Source of the DNA: Flectonema sp. DT1601
Lineage: Eukaryota
Direction of reading: 5' to 3'
DNA length: 64,000 nucleotides
NCBI GenBank assembly: GCA_964019425.1
Contig: OZ025800.1
Coordinates: 558,001 to 622,000 of the forward strand
Shown piece by piece: positions 1-11,904 of this stretch (within the stretch, counting starts at the first letter, position 1; each line of letters opens with the position of its first letter). Under the pieces are notes generated by a model. It did no database searches, was not told where the DNA came from, and was given only the letters and a program-made list of their open reading frames with translations. Made by a program: the position numbers and the translations under genes.

Positions 1-723
1 GTTACACTAGTTGGCTACGAAAGCTGTACGGGTCCTGGTTGGCCACTCGTTGATGAGGTTTTTTATTACAAAACTATTTTTCGATCAGTTCATTCACGTG
101 TTGTCGAGGGTTTTTTTTATTTCTTTCTTTTTCAATGTTTGGCAATGGTGTTTGCCTACTGTATCTTCTGATCACACTCCCTCCCCATCGATACCAACTG
201 TTGGTCTTTTTACAAGGCAACCGTGTTTAGCCAAATCCTAGCCAGTTTCAAGTTGCTTTTTATGTTATTACGGTGTCAAGTCTCTCTCTTAAATTACTAA
301 ACACTGGGCTGTGAATCGCTGCAGCCACCCTTTATGTTAATAATGATAACTTTAGTACCGACAGCATTATATTCTTATATCAGTCGTGATACTATCGAGT
401 GGTGCACATTATCGTTCCCGATCCGCTCTCCAATTTTATATTTATGTTATTACTACACACATGTTAATCACTTTCGTAATTTAGTTAATTAGTGCTTTCA
501 ACCAGTCTGGGAGTGATCGTTTTTTTTTTTTTTTTGTGCTGTTTCTTGAAACATGATTCAGATTTTTGTGGAAACCCAAATCGTTATAATAAATATCATC
601 AAAGAAATAAGTTTTGTTGGAGGGAACCTGTTAAAGCTTTCTGCTTGCAACTTTAATTCTGTGAGTAGTTACTACATGGGTGTTTTCTTTAGTTGATCAA
701 AATAACGACCAGTAGGGTAAAGC

Positions 724-754
<31 letters not shown>

Positions 755-2841
755 TACCCACTTTTCAAGCATTGAAGCTACAGATCTCTTGATTTAGCAT
801 ACGCTAAACTAGCAAAGTAATCCTTCCAAGGATTATAATTACTACCGCTGTTATTAGGAATCCTTGAAGAGCTATCAAGTTGTTGGTTGGGTTCACTCAC
901 TTAACTAACTTAAAATTAACTTATTTTATGATAAGCTTGCTAATATTACTGATAACCAACACAAAAGCCTAGTAGTGGTTTTACTTTTTATAAGTTAAGG
1001 TTAATGCGCTGAAGTATGTTTTTTTTTTTTTTTTTTTTTTTTTTTTCATTGAATTTTTCTACCTTTGTCTAACTTCTGATAACTACTTACTATTCAAGAC
1101 CCCTGTGGGAGGTGACTGGTTTGTTCACCTTTGCTGAGTACCCTTTTTTTCTTTTTTTTTTTTCTTTTTGTTGTTGTTGTTTTCTTGCCGCCAAGTAGTC
1201 CGATCCAGTTGATTGCACACGACAATGAGAAGAAAAGAAAAAAATCGCCTCGTGGCCTGAATGACTATTGACCAGCCACTGATGAGGTGGAATACAACTA
1301 CTGAGGGAATGTCGTCGATTCTGTGTTTGTATATTTTCCTTTAACCCATTACTTGTTGATCGGTTTGCGTGTTTTCCCCCAGTAGAGAGGGAAAAAAAAA
1401 AAAGAATCGGCTTTATCTTAAACTGTACAGAAAATAATATAACACTGTGATTTTTTTGTTTGTGCACGAAACCGTGAACCGACTTAAACTGATGAAGCTA
1501 AAGGAGGTTTACGTGTGCTGCCAACATTCTTTTTCGTTCTTACAATACTTGTTAAATGCAAAAAAGAAAAAAACCACTTTTGGGAGACGACTTCCTGAGT
1601 TGTCTAAATGAATAATAAAAAAATAAACTAGATTCTTAGTGTTAAAAGGAAAAAAAAAAAAAAAAAAAAAAAAAAAAGGAAATCATTTGGTTTGTTTATG
1701 CTGGTAACTGTTTTTTTTTTTTTTTTTGTTTCTCCGTTCTTTTCCTCCTTTTTAATTATTCTTTATGTACAGGCACATGAAAGGTTAAACTTGCACGACA
1801 TGTTTCGAATTTTTTCATGCGTTGTGCGCCGTATTACTGCGACCTTTATTGTGCTGATGAGTACGAATATTAAATTATTCCATTTAAGAGAGACGAAACC
1901 AAGTAGCAGTGGTGGGTTCGTTCCCTCTCTCCCAAACATTTTTCTTCTTATTTCTGCATATGTTGTAAAGAAAAAAAATAATAAAAAAAAATTGGCATCA
2001 CTCCAGATTTTCTAGCACGAGTGTCCCCAAAGAGTTAAAATTGTATTTTTTTTTTTTTTTAAAAATGCAAAAATGCAAAACAGCTGTTGATATGCCAGAA
2101 GTCATGAAGATAAAATAGGGTGAAAAAAAAAAAAAAAAAAAAAAGAAGAAGAAGAAAAAGTTTATTTTGTTTTCTCTTTTATAACCGTTATTTACCCCAT
2201 TCCCTTTTCGGTTAGTATTTTTACATTAAATAACAGCCTCCCCCTCTTCCCGAATTAGTAACCGCAGCCTTGCTTTCAGTTTTTAAGTATTTTTGTTGAC
2301 ACGGTAGATGTTAGGTGTCATAAAAGTATAGTCTTGTTAGTTTATGTAAGGCTCAGTTCTAGGGCAAAAAAAAGTCTCTGCGACGTGGAAAAAAGAGTAA
2401 CGTCTTTTTTACTACGGTAGGAAATTGTGTTTTCTTTATTTTTTAATTTTTTTTTATTTTTTTTTTCTTTGATCGAGGACATATCAACAATACGAAAGTA
2501 ATGAACTTTCTGTCGAGCCTCAGCTTGTCTTGAAGTTTGAAGTAAGAGAGACATCTCTTTTTTTGGTCGCGCGACCCCGCCTTTCAAGTGAGCTTCGAAT
2601 TATCTTCCGTCCCCTTCAATAGTATATCGCTTATTTTCCGCCAGCAAAAAAAAAAAAAAAAAAATTAATTTTTTTTGTTGTACAAGATTCATGTTGAAAG
2701 GTTTCCTTGAATTGATGAACACCTCACTTCTTAAGTAGGAATAACTTTAAGATATGCTGCGAGTTGTGGAACGGATTCGATATTGAGAAGTAGCTGTCAA
2801 TTTCTTTTATATCACTCTTATCAGGTCAGAGGAAAAAAAAC

Positions 2842-5127
2842 ATGTCGTACCGCGACAGACGCGGAGGAGGAAACCGTGGTCATGATGACCGCCATCGTGA
2901 GAGGGATATGAGTAGATTAACAAAAGAGAGATCTATGACTGTTGAAGCACCTATCCAAGATCCAGACGCTCCAATGGAAACTCTTCTTTGCCAAGCTTGT
3001 GCTAACTTCGATGCGACCATCGTCTGTTACGAATGTACACAAGCGGGAGCGATGTACTGCGAGGAGTGTTTTAGTGGAATCCATCAAAGAGATTCCATGT
3101 TACAAAACCATCAAAATAAGGGACCAGTTCTGAGATGTAAAAGAGGAGACTGTACTTCAAAAATCGCAGCGTGGTGGTGTACAATTTGTAAAGATGTGTG
3201 TCAAGATTGTGCGAGTGCCCATTGCTCTAAACACAAAGATAAGGATGCGATTTTACTTCAGGCTGCGTCAAAGAATGCGGAAATGATAAGACAGCAGCAA
3301 CAAGAACCAGATCAACCAACAGGTGGAGGAAGAAAGAAGAGAAGACACACTAGTTCATCACGAGGCAGTTCGTACAGTTCGAGTGACTCAGATTCGAGCG
3401 CCTCATCTGATAGCCGTCGTCGTCCAGTTCGTAAAGTTAAGAAAGATGAATTAGTACCTACCTGGGGAAGAGGTAAAGCAAAAGAAGAAGCTCTTCAAGA
3501 CGAAGCATTCGCTAAGGGAAAAGGAATTAAGATTGTCACACCTCCTGGAATGCCAACTAACCCAAAGTCAGGAATTAAGTTACCGACTGGTGCTATTGTT
3601 GGTATGCCGCCACCACCAGTAAAGGTAAAGTGTGATTACTGTCGTGAAGATATTGTTCAACAGAGATACAAATGTGCTACTTGTGACCCTCCTTACATTT
3701 TATGTCCAAGTTGTTTTGGAACTGTTAAACATAAACACGACACTATGTTGATGTGTGTTGGGTTCTCTCTTACTGTCGTACCTCTTCCTTCAGCTATTAA
3801 AAGAAGTGTTCCAGGTGGTGGTAAAAGGGGAAGGGATCGCTCTCCATCACCTCAACGGGATTCACGTGACATCTCGCCCTGTAAAAAACACTGGGAAGGT
3901 CGTTGCAGTGAACCTTGTCCGTGGGGTCGCCCTCACGTCAAGCAAGACCGTCCTGACCACTGCTGTTACATCTGCGGTGGTACTGGTCATTTTGCGAAGG
4001 AATGCAAAAATAGAAGAAGACTAGAAGGAGGTGATGCTGAGGTATGTTATCAAACCTGAATACTTTATTCAGATTTGATAGTCTTTTATTCAACCATCAG
4101 TAATAATAAAAAAACAACAACAGGAAATCCTCCATGCTGCAGACGACCCACAAGATGACGGAGTCAGCATGAACTCGTTGTTTAGTTTATGTGCTAAGGT
4201 ACGTATTTCAATTATGTTTCCATTCTATCCTCGGACTGTTGCGCTTTCACGTTATCCGAAAAAGGGATAGGAATTTTTACATTGAGGCAACAGCCTCGTT
4301 ACGTTCGAAAACAACAATTCCAACAGCACGTCCCAACCGAAGAAGAACGTCTCGCCCGCAGTATTGTCGGACATGCGCAATTGAAAGACAGAGTTCATAG
4401 GCTGCTTAAGATGAGAAAAAAGAAGAAGTTAAGAAAGAAGGGAGTTGAAGTCAGTGACGATGAAGATGATCTTCAGGGAAAACTTCTTTCTGGTATTGAT
4501 GAGTTGGCGAAGGAGGAAATACTTCCACCAAAGATACGAAGAGCACCAACACCAGAAATTGGTGAAATAACTTTCGAAGAATACAGCAAAACAATTGGAA
4601 CAGATAAACCAGTTGAAGCAACGAAACCTCTAAAGGAAGATACCTTAGAACGTTTTAAAATGAACGAAATATACGACGCAGCGAGAGAAAGAGGAAAAGG
4701 TGAACCTGTTCCAGAGAATGAAGATACCTCTGAGTGGGATCAGAGTTACTTCGAATCTTTTAAACACAGACTCAACCAATCAACAGATCCGACTTATAAA
4801 TGCATAGACGAACTTGTCAGAAGAGAAATAATAACAAACAAAGAAAAACATAGAGAGATCATGTGTTCTATTGAATGCAAACTTCAGGATGATTCCCTCT
4901 CCCACTTACAACTTCTAACCGTTTGGTATATTATCGATGCTGTGTTTAAACAAGTCGGTGGATACTTCGTCCGTGATATCCAAAGCAATCTTCAAATATT
5001 AGTCGAATCCTTCATGCCTTCGAAGGTTTACGGCAAATGGAGAACCAGATGCCGTGATATGCTCCGAACTTGGAGAGACATTCTCCCAAAAGACCAGGTT
5101 GACAAGATGCTCGATGTCACCCGTTAA
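2842..5127 (+). CDS. Spliced multi-zinc-finger protein (B-box-like, ZZ-like, CCCH, CCHC knuckle) with RS/Ser-rich linkers and a C-terminal CID-like (Pcf11/Nrd1-type) domain; exons 2842-4041, 4124-4198, 4294-5127
   Basis: Introns 4042-4123 (GTATGT..caacag) and 4199-4293 (GTACGT..caacag) join the two listed ORFs in frame. Motifs: CQAC..CYEC..YCEECF..H, CDYC..RYKCATC..LCPSCF..HKH, CKKHWEGRC..CPWGRPH, CYICGGTGHFAKEC and LTVWYIIDAVFKQVGGYF. Confidence 0.8.
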
Positions 5128-5461
5128 GTTCGATTCCCGGTTTATGTTTTTTTTTCTTTTTTTTTTTTTGAAGTTTAGTGTTGTTAACTTTTTTTCTTCT
5201 CGAAATTATCAATTAAGATCTTTTTTTCTTTAAGCCTTCTTAAGTTAAGGGCAACAAAAAAAAAAAAAAAAAAAACAAGAAAAAAGAATACGTTATTATT
5301 ATTATTCTGAGTAAGGTAGTACTAGTAGTGTCCCTATTGAATTCCTGGGGAAGTGTTTTTTTTTTTTTTTTTTTAAAATGAGATATACTAGGAAAACTGA
5401 GCCATACCTACTTATTTCTCCCACCAGGACAGCTAACCCAAAACCATCACACACACACGCC

Positions 5462-5737
5462 ATGGAGACAAAAGGACAAAACCGAGAAGTAGTGTATTCA
5501 GAATTTAAAGACTTGAGTTGGAGAATTGAAGTCCCTACGAGCAGCATGTTCGACAAAAACGTAGAACAAGAGCCACGTTTCAGTTGTAATGTCACGTACA
5601 CAAAAGGTGATGAAGAACAAGAGAAATGGGTCACATTATCTCACGAGTCAGCTGCAGCTTTACTTCAAGATATTGAGGGAGCAATGTTTTCACTCCGAAC
5701 TCCTCACTGTAAGAGAATAGGAAGAATAGTGAAGTGA
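5462..5737 (+). CDS. Stand-alone COMM-domain protein, COMMD2-like C-terminal domain (91 aa)
   Basis: FKDLSWRIEV..SS...EP and DIEGAMFSLRTPHCKRIGRIVK resemble the COMMD2 C-terminus. ATG 5462 follows a pyrimidine-rich AG at 5427; the ORF track starts further upstream at 5378. Confidence 0.7.
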   Translation: METKGQNREVVYSEFKDLSWRIEVPTSSMFDKNVEQEPRFSCNVTYTKGDEEQEKWVTLSHESAAALLQDIEGAMFSLRTPHCKRIGRIVK

Positions 5738-6203
5738 GTTGTTACAAAGAAAAAAAAAAACAATCGAGTTTTGTTATGTTATTGTCGGTTAACTTGTTCT
5801 TTGGTTGGTAGTTTTTTCGAACTCAGTTACGATTAATGCTTTTGATCGATCGCATGAAAAAATAAATAATCTGACAGTTCCTGCGGATATATTTCTAAAA
5901 TATGATCATTGTTGCGACACACGTTAGTTAAGTGTGTGTTGTCTTGCTTTGTGTTATCTTATGTTCTTATTTTGTCTTTTTTGCCCGAGTGTCTGTTCTT
6001 TTGTTATGAACGAGAGGTGTTCAATTGATATTCAAAAAAAGGTTCCCCAAGAAAAAAAAAAGAAATATTTTTTTTTCTCCCATTTCAAACAGGCAACCAG
6101 CAGCATCATCTCCGTCATCCCTCGCGGTCATCGGTTCTGGACTTGCCATCTGTCTTAAAAAAAAAAAAAGGTTCCCTCTCTTTTTTAGCTGACACAAACT
6201 ACC

Positions 6204-7358
6204 ATGAGAGTTACAATCTGCTCGAATGCTTTTAAAGAATGTCTGAGTGCCAGAGATGCCTGTACAGCCATGGCAGCTGGACTACCCAGTGATGTCGATA
6301 TTGTAACTTGTCCTCTTGCTGATGGTGGAGATAGTTCGTTAGACGTATTGGTTGAAGCTGGTAATGGTAAATACATAAATACTACTGCGAGAGATCCACT
6401 TGGCAGACCAATCACAACTACCTATGGAATGGTTGGGAGCACCGCAATTATTGAAATGGCGAGAGCTTCAGGACTCAGTTTACTTACAGAAAATGAAAAA
6501 AACCCTCTCAACACATCCACGTGTGGTACAGGTGATGTTATTGTTGACGCTATCAAAACACAATTAGCTACTGAAATAATATTATGTATTGGAGGTTCTG
6601 CAACTAATGATTGCGGCTGTGGAATGGCTCAGGCTCTCGGATATCAATTCTTCGATTCATCGGAAACCATAATCACATCTCCTATCACAGGATCAGACCT
6701 TTTAAAGATTACAAAAATAAAAAAACCAAACCCCGACGTACTAAAAAATATAACCATCACAGTTGCTTGTGATGTTACAAATCCGTTATTAGGTCCGAAG
6801 GGTGCGACTTCAGTCTTCGGTCCTCAGAAGGGAATTAAGACGCAGAGTCAACACAGCCAGTTAGAGTCTGGTATGAACAACATCTCATCACTTATAAATA
6901 AATTATTCCCAGACGTTGATGTTTCCGTTGAAGGTGGTGGTGCTGCAGGAGGATTGGGATACGGATCTCTTACTTTTTTATCAGCGACATTCCGAAAAGG
7001 TTTTGACGTCTGCTCAGAGGCAGCACAACTACCAGAATCGATATCTAGGTCTGATTTGATAATAACTGGTGAGGGTCAAATTGATCATCAAACCTCATTG
7101 GGAAAGGTACCTTCAGGAGTGGCATCTCTCTGTATTAGTTATTCGAAACCACTCGTTATCATTGTCGGTGGTATATCAAACTATCCGTTGATTAAAAAGA
7201 ATCCTATCTTGGGATCAGCTTCGGTCTTTTCACTCATCAACAAACCAATGACGTTAGCTGTTGCTATGAATCCTGACAAAGCAAGAGAGTTATTATCGGA
7301 ATCTGCGTCTAATATATATAATCTTTATTTGATGGGAAGATCACAAGCACGTCTTTAA
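6204..7358 (+). CDS. glxK: Glycerate kinase, bacterial GlxK/GarK family, with C-terminal PTS1-like tripeptide ARL
   Basis: Family motifs NAFKECLSA, PLADGG, IEMARASGL, IGGSATNDCGCGM, VACDVTNPLLG, FGPQKG, GAAGGLG and ITGEGQIDHQTSLGKVP; intronless 384 aa. Confidence 0.93.
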   Translation: MRVTICSNAFKECLSARDACTAMAAGLPSDVDIVTCPLADGGDSSLDVLVEAGNGKYINTTARDPLGRPITTTYGMVGSTAIIEMARASGLSLLTENEKNPLNTSTCGTGDVIVDAIKTQLATEIILCIGGSATNDCGCGMAQALGYQFFDSSETIITSPITGSDLLKITKIKKPNPDVLKNITITVACDVTNPLLGPKGATSVFGPQKGIKTQSQHSQLESGMNNISSLINKLFPDVDVSVEGGGAAGGLGYGSLTFLSATFRKGFDVCSEAAQLPESISRSDLIITGEGQIDHQTSLGKVPSGVASLCISYSKPLVIIVGGISNYPLIKKNPILGSASVFSLINKPMTLAVAMNPDKARELLSESASNIYNLYLMGRSQARL

Positions 7359-7617
7359 ATGACCTACACCTATTCACGTTTATCGTTGTATTGTTTCAAT
7401 TCATTACGTCGTGTTAGTCTAGTTTTGAATAACTAACTCGTTTTAACATTATTGCCACCTGATGAGTATTATTATTTTACTCTTTTTCTTCACTTCAGTT
7501 CTCTCACATTAACAATGCCGTGGTGATGATGATATCTCATTCTGGTAATCTGACGTTGTTGGGTAGTCAATTCTCAATACTTTTTTTTTGACAGTTTTAT
7601 ATTTAAAAAAAGATAAA

Positions 7618-7860
7618 ATGGGAGGACTTGATTTCCCAGATTCGACAGCGATGTCAATGGGAATTGATACAGTGACACCAGGTACGTCACATAGTAAATA
7701 CACAGTTGATAATAGTAAGAAGAAGATTGTAAGACAACCCAGCCATTCGGTTGTTGGAAAGGAAGGATTAGGTGTCAAAGGTTACAATAGTATGTTAATG
7801 ACAATGGGTACTCAGATCCAAACATCTATCCCAACTGAGAATGAAGCAGATCCACTTTAA
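7618..7860 (+). CDS. Small hypothetical protein (80 aa)
   Basis: ATG downstream of a T-rich AG at 7594; coding-like composition; no recognised motif. Confidence 0.4.
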   Translation: MGGLDFPDSTAMSMGIDTVTPGTSHSKYTVDNSKKKIVRQPSHSVVGKEGLGVKGYNSMLMTMGTQIQTSIPTENEADPL

Positions 7861-8067
7861 TCAAACGTAACTTACACTGGTGTTGATGTTCTTCAAGCAA
7901 CTACCTTAACTCGTTGAATTTAAATATAAGTTTCATCAGTCGCTCTCTGGTGTTGCTACTTACACTGACGTTGTTTTTGTTTTGGTGCTGTCTTGTTTAA
8001 TTGTTTTTGTTGTTTTATTTTATATTAAATTACAAACCTTTTAATTCATCTCTTCAGGTTAAGTGGA

Positions 8068-8436
8068 ATGTGCATCACAAGTAGTGAAGGGTCAGCTTTT
8101 CTTGACGGAAGGAGGTTTAAGTTATTCCCAGCGAGGAAGGAACTCGTATTCAGTCCAACAGGAAGTGATGTAGAAGAAGAACCGGACACTCCAACTTCGG
8201 TATTCCAAAGTCTGGATCATCCAATTAATAGAAATGCTATTCCTCGTTCTCATTCACATTCATCAACTGGTTCCCTAGGTAATGTTTTATTGTATGCTGA
8301 CGCTCAGTCGTGTGAAGACAGGTGGCGTGCGGAGTACATCACAATAGCGTCGCGTCTGTTGCAGAGGTCTGGAAGAGCTTTTCTCTCTCGTCGTGGAATT
8401 GTTAAGAAACAGTTAGTCGATGACGTATCTTACTAA
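8068..8436 (+). CDS. Hypothetical protein with a possible IQ-like motif (ASRLLQRSGRAFLSRR)
   Basis: 122-aa ORF just after the pyrimidine-rich acceptor ttcatctcttcag (8057). Confidence 0.5.
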   Translation: MCITSSEGSAFLDGRRFKLFPARKELVFSPTGSDVEEEPDTPTSVFQSLDHPINRNAIPRSHSHSSTGSLGNVLLYADAQSCEDRWRAEYITIASRLLQRSGRAFLSRRGIVKKQLVDDVSY

Positions 8437-9486
8437 ACCCCCTCTTTAGATTAATGGCAACAAAACAGTTTGGTGTCAACTTCCTATCCCGACCCCAACC
8501 TAGTCATTCCATCTAACTGTGAAATCCTTTACTTCTGTTGTAAAGTTTGATGTGAGTAGTGTTTTCATTTTGATACATCCTCTTCACTTAGGTATCCTTT
8601 AAGTTTCTCACACTTTTTTGTTTTTTTTTTATAATTTTTGTTTCTTTTTCACCAAGACGGATGCAACCCTCCTGGGTTCGCCCGCACGTAGAAAAGTATA
8701 GCTAATTTCCGTCTCGTTTGCCCTTTTTAAATTTTTTTTTTTTTAAATTACTTAAATTATGCTAAAATCAGTGTGTTATGTTACGGGTAATCTTTTAACT
8801 GATCCAGTGGTAGTTTGATACAATAAAATAGTTTGTGTGCTTCGTTTATGTTACCATCCCCTCTTCCCTTCTGAGAGGGGTAGAAAAGCTTTTAAGAAGA
8901 CAAAGGTTTGCATTGTTTTTCTTCCACCTGTAAGGAAGGGGAATAATCTTTTTTCCCGTTGTTTATTTAGTTCATGTTTTAATATTTTAATTACCTGAAG
9001 CTGACTGACATAGAAGCTACCCATCGATTTCCTAGTCTTTCTTCTTCTACTAGCCATTATTTTTGTTTTTCGTTTCTTTTTTATGTATTTAGGGTTTTAG
9101 TTTTTTTTTGATTAAAATGTTCACCCCCCTTATTCATTGTTAAAGTTTCACCCCTTTCAATTCTTTACAATAAATTATTGATTACGTCAGCTGCAGTTAT
9201 CATCTGTTGCTGTGGGTTACCTCCCTTGGAGATCCACTTTATGCTTACTGGGGGAGAGCTTTGTTAAAATACGACTCTTTTTCTCAGTCTCTCAGTCTCT
9301 CTAAGTTAAGAGAGAGTTTTATTTTTATTATTTGGATTGTTTTTTCGTTGTCTTATGCATCTTTGAGGTCTTGTTCACTACCTCTTGATACGATCACATC
9401 AGTTTCTACTGGAATGAATCTCGTCTTAAAAGAATGGGATATTTCTTCATTAGTAGCGTTGTGATGTTGTATGTGCATGGCTAAAG

Positions 9487-9517
<31 letters not shown>

Positions 9518-9853
9518 TTTCTAAATATTCATTTTGAGTGAACTGAGTATCTTTGCGTGCGAAGTCACCAATTACGAAGTTTTTTTTTTCTCGAAAAAGC
9601 TTATGTTTTTTTTGAAAAAAATCCAACCTTACAAGCAGAATAATAATTCACTTCTCAGCAGTTGCACAGAAACTAATGCGAAGCCAGTGAACACACAGCA
9701 TTTCGTCAACCGTCTGAAGGTGTATGTGTGATCTTGTTTGTCATTTCATTTTTTTATTTTGTCTCAGAAATCCATCCCTAGCAATGTCCTAAAAAGCCGG
9801 ACAGCTAAGCAAAAAACATAAAATAATATAAATAACAACACAAATTAATAAAA

Positions 9854-11068
9854 ATGTCGCTTAAAGATCAATCAATGTGGGGGATCTTTCCTAAATGGCA
9901 GACTGCGACGTCGTCGTTGCAGTCGCCGGAAAGTGCGAAACAGCCATGTAGTTGGAAACCACCTCCAAGGTGGAAGAGGGTGAGGGATGTAGAGCTTAAA
10001 CCGGCACCAAGAACAAAGTTCAGTTCGATAATGTATGAGGGAAAGTTGTATGTGTTTGGAGGTGGTTATCAAAAAACTTTTCACGGAGATCTTTACAGTT
10101 TTGAATTAGAAACTAAAAAGTGGACCTGCATCCAGTCCGACACCTCAATTCACGAGCACGGACCTTGCAGACGGAGATCTCACAAAGCTATCCTTTGGAT
10201 GGATCAAATGGTAATATTCGGAGGAAGAACACAACACGGTCGTAAAAACGACGTTCATTTTTTTGACTTAAAAACCCACACCTGGTTGAGGAAAGCTCCT
10301 CTTCAAGAACTTCTTCCCGTCGAGAGAGCAGCTCACTCTGCTTGTTCTTGGAATGATAATTTAATGATTTTCGGTGGCGACAGAGGAGATACCGCATTTC
10401 AGTATTTATCAGATTTTTGGTTTTATAACTGTGAGACAAACACTTGGGCATATCAAAACAACACGGGAACAACTCCTTCAGGACGACTTGGTCATGCATG
10501 CAGTGTTCGCGGGGAGGAAATGTATTTATTCGGAGGTTTTAATGGCCATGCTCTTAACGATTTATATTCTTGCAATTTGGAAACAACCTGCTGGAGGAGG
10601 ATTAATTTTAATGCGGCTGTTCGTCCTAGCTCGTTTTTAGCCATGATCGAAGAACCTCAAAGCGATGATTCACAAAGAGTATCCTCACTCTTACTGTGGG
10701 GAGGGGCCTACACAGACACTAGCACCTATGGGAATACATTATACAGATTCGACTGTGAAAGTGAGGAATTTATTATAATTGAAACAGCTGGTGAGCGTCC
10801 TCAACAACGTCTTGGGCATTGCATGTTCCTAGATAACGATTCTTTAATGTTATTTGGAGGGTGTAATAATGATTATTTTAATGACCTGTATTCAATTTCA
10901 TTGAAGTGTCCAACTCTTAAAGAGCATCTCAGACATTTCATTGTGTCGAATGATATAATTTATAATAATAATCCTATTGTTAAGACTAACTCACATGATC
11001 CGTATCAGCAAGTTCCGCAACCATCGAGTTGGTATATGAGATGGAGCGTCTCTTCACGTGTTAAATAA
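9854..11068 (+). CDS. Kelch-repeat beta-propeller protein (KLHDC3/LZTR1-like) with a possible C-terminal BC-box
   Basis: Six R..H......(F/L)GG repeats with D...Y/F....W spacing, followed by CPTLKEHLRHFI. Confidence 0.88.
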   Translation: MSLKDQSMWGIFPKWQTATSSLQSPESAKQPCSWKPPPRWKRVRDVELKPAPRTKFSSIMYEGKLYVFGGGYQKTFHGDLYSFELETKKWTCIQSDTSIHEHGPCRRRSHKAILWMDQMVIFGGRTQHGRKNDVHFFDLKTHTWLRKAPLQELLPVERAAHSACSWNDNLMIFGGDRGDTAFQYLSDFWFYNCETNTWAYQNNTGTTPSGRLGHACSVRGEEMYLFGGFNGHALNDLYSCNLETTCWRRINFNAAVRPSSFLAMIEEPQSDDSQRVSSLLLWGGAYTDTSTYGNTLYRFDCESEEFIIIETAGERPQQRLGHCMFLDNDSLMLFGGCNNDYFNDLYSISLKCPTLKEHLRHFIVSNDIIYNNNPIVKTNSHDPYQQVPQPSSWYMRWSVSSRVK

Positions 11069-11588
11069 AGCACCTTAAACATCTTGTTTGTCTGATAACT
11101 GTCTTCGCGCGTGGAGTTTATTCTCCTTCCGCAAAAACCACTCAATTATTCCAAAGATGTGAAACATGTTGAGAGTATCCTTTACTTGGTGGATATTGTT
11201 CATCGTTAACAAAGTGGTTGACTTGAAAAAAAATAATTTTTTTTGAAAAAACTTTCCCCCCTCTCTTTTTATAGTTTTCTGATATTTCTCTTTGATATGT
11301 ATGCGAGTGTTTGCATTAACCTTGTGGTCCTTTGTTTTCTTTTTATAGTTGAGTTTAGTTTGGTTTACTTGAATTTCTTTTGTGATTGACAAACATTTCC
11401 CTCCTCCTCCTTTTCTCAAGTTAACTTTCTTTTTCCTTTTCTCCTTTCTACTTTGTAAGAAAGGAAACAAAAGAAAAAAAAAAAAGGGTTGACAGCAACC
11501 AAGACGACATACTCTGATCGGATGAATGATATTTTTTTAGCCGTCTGGGTATTGGTGTTTTCGGCACTGAATGATGCAGGTAGTGGTC

Positions 11589-11631
<43 letters not shown>

Positions 11632-11904
11632 TTTCATTTTCCCCCCCGTTTTGTGTTTTTTTCTTTTTAAAACTGACAACACATTCTACCCTTCAACATG
11701 ATATCTGTCCCACATATGGTTAACTTTGATACGTATTGGTTATTGGGTATAAAAAACATCATAATTATGCTATTGTTACATTACTTTCATTAGTTCAGCA
11801 GCAAGTTCTCCACTGAGTGTAGATATTGGTTGCTTGTATTATTGTTTTTACGTAGTAAGTGTATTTTAAAATCACACTCCCAGGGAGTAATTCCTTAATA
11901 TAAG

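Noticed and set aside
1..2800. Short ORFs rich in Phe/Lys
   Set aside because: They arise from poly(T)/poly(A) tracts in non-coding DNA and show no motifs.
7618..8436. Joining the 7618 and 8068 ORFs via a GTACGT donor at 7682 and the AG at 8057
   Set aside because: Phases are incompatible (phase 1 vs phase 2), so they are kept as separate calls.
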